From positions 34,679 through 98,678 of the forward strand of contig JAVCCL010000026.1 of assembly GCA_030765505.1 (NCBI GenBank): a DNA stretch of 64,000 bases, given 5' to 3'. The notes under the pieces were generated by a model. That model did no database searches, had not been told where the DNA came from, and was given only the letters and a program-made list of their open reading frames with translations. The stretch is from Candidatus Kaelpia imicola (GTDB lineage: Bacteria; Omnitrophota; Gorgyraeia; Kaelpiales; Kaelpiaceae). Both the position numbers and the translations under genes were made by a program. Of the stretch, positions 59,827 to 64,000 are shown piece by piece. The first letter of the stretch is position 1. Every line of letters begins with the position of its first letter.

Positions 59827-61217
59827 AAATACTGCTAATCAACCCGTTTACAGAGGGAAGGATAGTATATGGAGGTCTATCGCCCTTTTCTCCATTTTTA
59901 CCGCCGCTGGGACTCTGCTATTTAGCCTCTTTTTTAGAGAAGAACGGCTACGCTGTTAAAATTTTGGATTTAAATATTTTAAGTAATATCAATATCATTG
60001 ATTCTATCAATTTATTTGATCCGGATATCATCGGCGTTACATCGACAACCGTAGCTTTTAATTCTGCAAAAAAACTTTTACAGATTATAAAAACAAGCTT
60101 TCCGGACAAAATCACTGTACTGGGAGGACCTCATATAAGTGTTTTACCCTCGGAAGCTATGGCTGAGTGTCCGGATATAGATATCGGTGTCATTGGTGAA
60201 GGGGAGGTTACGTTTTGTGAACTCTCTAATGCTATAAGCAATAAACATGACCTTGGTTTGTGCAAAGGAATTATTTTTAGAAAAAATAACACTACGGTAA
60301 GGACAGGTTCCATGCCGCTAATCGATAATCTTGATATATTACCTTTACCGGCCCGACATCTTTTGAATGATTTTAATAAATATCATCACCATTTCTTAAG
60401 AGGAGGAAAGAAAATCTCCTCTATGATCACAAGCAGGGGGTGCCCTTATGCATGCACATTCTGTGATCAAACGGTTTTTGGCAGAGAGGTAAGAGGGCAT
60501 AGCCCGGGCTATATATGCGAAGAGATTAAAATGTTAAAAAGAGATTTCAATATAGATTTTATCTCCTTTGAAGATGATAGTTTCAATTACAGCAGCAAAA
60601 GATTAAGAAATATCTGCCAGGAAATAATAAAAGAAAACTTAAATATTTTCTGGGGATGCAGCATACGAATAGACACTATCGACAGAGAAGACGTACAGCT
60701 CATGAAGAGGGCAGGTTGCAATAAGATTTATATAGGAATAGAGACGCTGAACAATAGAATTCGTAAATTAATAAATAAACAGACAGAAGACAGTCTGTTA
60801 ATGGAAAAGATAAAAATTGTTAGGGATTTCGATATAAAAATTAATGCATCATTTATGATAGGATTTCCGACAGAGACAGAGAAGGAGATAGCAGAAACAA
60901 TAGATAGGGCAATAAGACTACCTGTTGACGGAGAAATTTTCTGTCTCTATACACCTTACCCCGGAACTCCGTTACGAAAATTAGCTAAAGAGAATGGTGT
61001 AGTGAGCAGTGATTGGAATACCTATTCTAATCATCTCAGTACTAATGCCTTTTATCCGAACAATATAGATGTAAAGATATTAAATAAATTGCTTTTTTCA
61101 GCATACAAAAAATTTTACTTCAGTTTTAAGTTTCTCAGAAAAAATTGTTATAACACGCGTATTCTTAGACAGTTAATAAAATATTTACTTAGAGAACGGC
61201 TTAAGAGTGCATATTGA
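59823..61217 (+). CDS. Cobalamin-binding radical SAM protein
   Basis: 'PPLGLCYLAS', 'LGGPH', 'GEGE', SRGCPYACTFC (~60441), 'TPYPGT'. Confidence 0.92.
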   Translation: MKILLINPFTEGRIVYGGLSPFSPFLPPLGLCYLASFLEKNGYAVKILDLNILSNINIIDSINLFDPDIIGVTSTTVAFNSAKKLLQIIKTSFPDKITVLGGPHISVLPSEAMAECPDIDIGVIGEGEVTFCELSNAISNKHDLGLCKGIIFRKNNTTVRTGSMPLIDNLDILPLPARHLLNDFNKYHHHFLRGGKKISSMITSRGCPYACTFCDQTVFGREVRGHSPGYICEEIKMLKRDFNIDFISFEDDSFNYSSKRLRNICQEIIKENLNIFWGCSIRIDTIDREDVQLMKRAGCNKIYIGIETLNNRIRKLINKQTEDSLLMEKIKIVRDFDIKINASFMIGFPTETEKEIAETIDRAIRLPVDGEIFCLYTPYPGTPLRKLAKENGVVSSDWNTYSNHLSTNAFYPNNIDVKILNKLLFSAYKKFYFSFKFLRKNCYNTRILRQLIKYLLRERLKSAY

Positions 61218-61405
61218 CTTACTGAAATATTAAAAACATGAATATAATAAAACTCCCGAAACTTTTATCTGTTTAAACAAAATCTTTATGCAACGGCTTT
61301 TGTATATTCTGATCATATAAGGCTGCAAAAAAATATTTGCACCTTCAAAGAACTTTTAATCTCAAAGTGTCCAAAATATGTTACACTACTTAATCTCTGC
61401 ATTAT

Positions 61406-61434
61406 TTGCAATTCTCTTAACTGTATGGCATACT
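61406..61434 (+). promoter_or_regulatory. Putative sigma70 promoter
   Basis: TTGCAA - 17 bp - CATACT with extended TG. Confidence 0.5.
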
Positions 61435-61461
61435 TTATAAAGAGGGGATTTTTACGCAAAT

Positions 61462-62565
61462 ATGAATAAAACAAAGGCGATAGGTATTACTTTATCTATA
61501 TTGGGGATTATCTTATTTATTCCTAATCTTGCAGATGCCAGGAGAATAAGAAACAGCTTAGATACACCAGAAATACGTGAATTATTACCTCTTATTGTAG
61601 AAGCAATTACAAACCAGGACAAAGAAGGGCTCAGTGCTCTTATTAATAGGGACTCTGCTATTAGTAGTAAGAACTGTTGGAATAATCTATTAAGCAATTT
61701 AGATAAAGATAGCTGGAAAGCAGAGACATACCGTGCACTTGCAATTACATCTAACTGTATCGGGGAATACAGAAATTCTGTTGAATATAGCAAACAGGCC
61801 GCAGAAGAATTTAAAAGCTTGGATATGATTGAAGATGCAGGAGATAGTCTTAAACAGGCCTCTACCATATTGAAACAGAACCTCTCCTGTTACGATGAAG
61901 CAATAGATCTGTGGATAGAATCTGCTGAGTGCTATAGGCAGGCAGAAAATTATTTGGAAGCGGGTAAAGTGTACTCTTGGGCTATAGACATTACTCTTAA
62001 TAATGTAACAAAATACAATGATGATTCACAGTGGCTCTTTGATACTTACCTTGCTTGTGCTGAATGCTTTAAGAAGGCAGGAAGCTATAAGAAGGCATCA
62101 GGGAAATATGATTCTGCAGCATATTTTGCATCTCAAAAACTGTATGATTTTGAATTATCCATACGTTATAACGCCAAATCAGCAGAATGTGCTTTAGGAG
62201 CAGCGGAACAATTCCTGGTTGAAGATAAACTGCAAGATGCACTGTTAATGTTTAGAAAAGCTGTCAAAAAATATAACCTTGCTGCAGCATTGTCAATAAC
62301 AAAGCTAAACAATAAAGCTGGCTCTGCGCTTTACAATAGCCTTATAGGTGAGACCTATTTTAAAATAGCTGAACTACATAATAAAATGGAAGAAACAGCG
62401 CTTGAAAAAGAAGCATGGAAAAAGGCAGCCAATCATTATAAAATTGCAATACGGATGTACTGCTTATCAAATAACAGATCTTTAGCAGAAGAGTTCAAGC
62501 TAAAAGTAGCTCTGAAATTTGAAAATGTAGGCATGTTCGAAAAAGCTGCGGAATTCTATGATTAA
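61462..62565 (+). CDS. Exported helical-repeat protein (alpha-SNAP/TPR-like)
   Basis: Signal peptide ending ADA|RRIR. Repeats such as 'EAIDLWIESAECYRQAENYLEAGKVY' and 'YLACAECFKKAGSYKKASGKYDSAA'. Confidence 0.75.
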   Translation: MNKTKAIGITLSILGIILFIPNLADARRIRNSLDTPEIRELLPLIVEAITNQDKEGLSALINRDSAISSKNCWNNLLSNLDKDSWKAETYRALAITSNCIGEYRNSVEYSKQAAEEFKSLDMIEDAGDSLKQASTILKQNLSCYDEAIDLWIESAECYRQAENYLEAGKVYSWAIDITLNNVTKYNDDSQWLFDTYLACAECFKKAGSYKKASGKYDSAAYFASQKLYDFELSIRYNAKSAECALGAAEQFLVEDKLQDALLMFRKAVKKYNLAAALSITKLNNKAGSALYNSLIGETYFKIAELHNKMEETALEKEAWKKAANHYKIAIRMYCLSNNRSLAEEFKLKVALKFENVGMFEKAAEFYD

Positions 62566-62879
62566 AGAGATCGTTTATATAAATGCGCTATAATTTTAAC
62601 AACATAATAGAGGGAGTAAGGTAAAAATAACAAGCTTTTTATTTAAATTTATATTGATTGCAATAATTTTAGATTTATTTTTCATTCCTAATCTCATTCA
62701 ATTTAATTTAATAAAAGAATAAACGCTCCTATACAAATAGAGATAAACAAATTCAAAAATTTTATCTTGACGCTGCCTATAGATAGCGTAAGATAAAAGA
62801 ATACTTTGGGTAAATCCTAATTCAAAAAGGAAAAGAGGGGCTGTAAAAAAATAAGACTGTTTTGAAAAAAAGGAATGGT

Positions 62880-64000
62880 ATGATTATGAAAAAACTATTA
62901 TTTACCCTCGCGGTAGTTTTTTATGCACTATCTCTATTCGGATTTAAAGCTTCGGCCTATGTGATCCCTTATCAGGATACCAGGGCAAGGGCATTTTATG
63001 TCTTTGGTCTCGAAGGTAATAATTTAGCCGGCGCAGAAGACAACAGGATGGAGATTGTTATTGATATACCGTCTGATGAACTATCCAGCGTGGTTATAGA
63101 GGTATACGACCCCGACACAGGAAATTTCTTTGACTGGCGGGAACCTATCTATGAAGTAAACTTTAAACCTACTCTTAACGAATGGAATACTACTTGCAGA
63201 TTTGAATTTTACGGTAGGGAGCTTCTTGATTCGGTTGAGCTTAACCTTTCGCGAGAGTGGGACAGAAAATGGTATCGATTCGGCCCTTACGACAAAAATC
63301 AGGGTGAAAAAGTTGATAAATATTACCGTTTTCGACTTGTTGCTACCGGAATTAGCGGAAGCGACCAGAACCTTTTCAAGATCCGAATATCTCCCGAAAG
63401 TGCCCAAAGCTACTCAGAAAAAGTTAAAATCCGCCTGCACCCAAAGGAAGGTAAAGAGATGTTTTTTTATCCCCAAATTCCAGCTGGAACTAAGAATGTA
63501 GTAATTGAAAACTACGACCTTGATATTGACGGCGGCACTAGCACTTTTGCCTCAGATGCCAGAAAAAGAGGACATAAGATAAGTGTTTCTGAGAGCGGCC
63601 AGTGGAGTCAGACAGTTGTTCCGGTATATTCCGATACTGGAGGCAGCATGGTATATACCATTACCAAAGGTACTCAAAGATATTCAAATGTAGCAATACA
63701 GATGAAGACCGATAAGGGAGAATCTATCCCTATATATTTCAAAAAAGGTACTTATAGAGTAGTAAAAAAAGTTGTGGCTCCAGTAAAACCGAAACCGGCT
63801 CCGAAACCGACTCTGAAACCTATTCTAGAGAAGAAAACTCAATGTAATAAATTTACTTTTGATGCCACCAAATCTTATGATCTCGATAAGAAGGAACTTA
63901 ATTTTCTCTGGGACTTTGGTGACGGTACCACCAGCACAGAACCTGTTATAACTCATATATATGAAAAGGGCGGGGAATATACAGTAACGCTTACTGTTAG
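62880..64000 (+). CDS. PKD-domain-containing exported protein (partial, runs off the window end)
   Basis: Frame is open from ATG 62880/62886 to the end: signal peptide MKKLLFTLAVVFYALSLFGFKASA, a KP-rich linker, then PKD 'FTFDATKSYDLD...FLWDFGDGTTSTEPVITHIYEKGGEYTVTLTV'. Confidence 0.9.
   Translation, partial: MIMKKLLFTLAVVFYALSLFGFKASAYVIPYQDTRARAFYVFGLEGNNLAGAEDNRMEIVIDIPSDELSSVVIEVYDPDTGNFFDWREPIYEVNFKPTLNEWNTTCRFEFYGRELLDSVELNLSREWDRKWYRFGPYDKNQGEKVDKYYRFRLVATGISGSDQNLFKIRISPESAQSYSEKVKIRLHPKEGKEMFFYPQIPAGTKNVVIENYDLDIDGGTSTFASDARKRGHKISVSESGQWSQTVVPVYSDTGGSMVYTITKGTQRYSNVAIQMKTDKGESIPIYFKKGTYRVVKKVVAPVKPKPAPKPTLKPILEKKTQCNKFTFDATKSYDLDKKELNFLWDFGDGTTSTEPVITHIYEKGGEYTVTLTV

Noticed and set aside
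1003-63501. Many short antisense or alternate-frame ORFs in the track (e.g. 1003-1257, 12441-12818, 28157-28489, 54332-54754, 61452-61868, 63081-63407, 63202-63501)
   Set aside because: They lie within or largely overlap well-supported genes, have no motifs or SD, and read like shadow ORFs.
1-64000. tRNA, rRNA or known riboswitches (including a cobalamin riboswitch, given the B12 enzymes)
   Set aside because: No cloverleaf, rRNA-like or recognisable riboswitch consensus was seen by eye in the intergenic regions. An Infernal/tRNAscan run would be needed to exclude them formally.

Overview
Low-GC bacterial chromosome segment, almost entirely coded on the + strand. The polA-(glgA)-coaE-rho order, the bactofilin-HTH fusion and the many orphan exported proteins suggest a PVC-superphylum organism, possibly Omnitrophota-like (inference only). 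The main feature is a translationally coupled surface-glycan locus (1-18600). It has GT2, a Wzm/Wzt ABC exporter whose Wzt carries two copies of an uncharacterised beta-rich domain, two stand-alone proteins with the same domain, two GT4s and a second GT2. It also has three radical SAM genes encoding EIGHT radical SAM domains: a 1917-aa protein with 4 (1 cobalamin-binding type, 3 SPASM/twitch type, plus a CBM-like module), a 1311-aa protein with 3 (1 SPASM type, 2 cobalamin-binding type, C-terminal TM helix) and a 490-aa cobalamin-binding protein. This looks like a multi-module radical-chemistry glycan-tailoring 'assembly line'. Housekeeping genes follow (panB, gatCAB, ctpA, tsaD, polA, glgA, coaE, rho, LOG, cyclophilin, yajQ, typA). 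A decayed patch (22106-24696) holds a broken secreted HAD gene, a truncated paralog of the 49914 gene and an IS21/IS481 chimeric remnant. Several orphan secreted proteins are present, including an alpha-SNAP-like helical-repeat protein. I saw no tRNA, rRNA or CRISPR array. Functional calls come from motif recognition by eye; no database searches were run.
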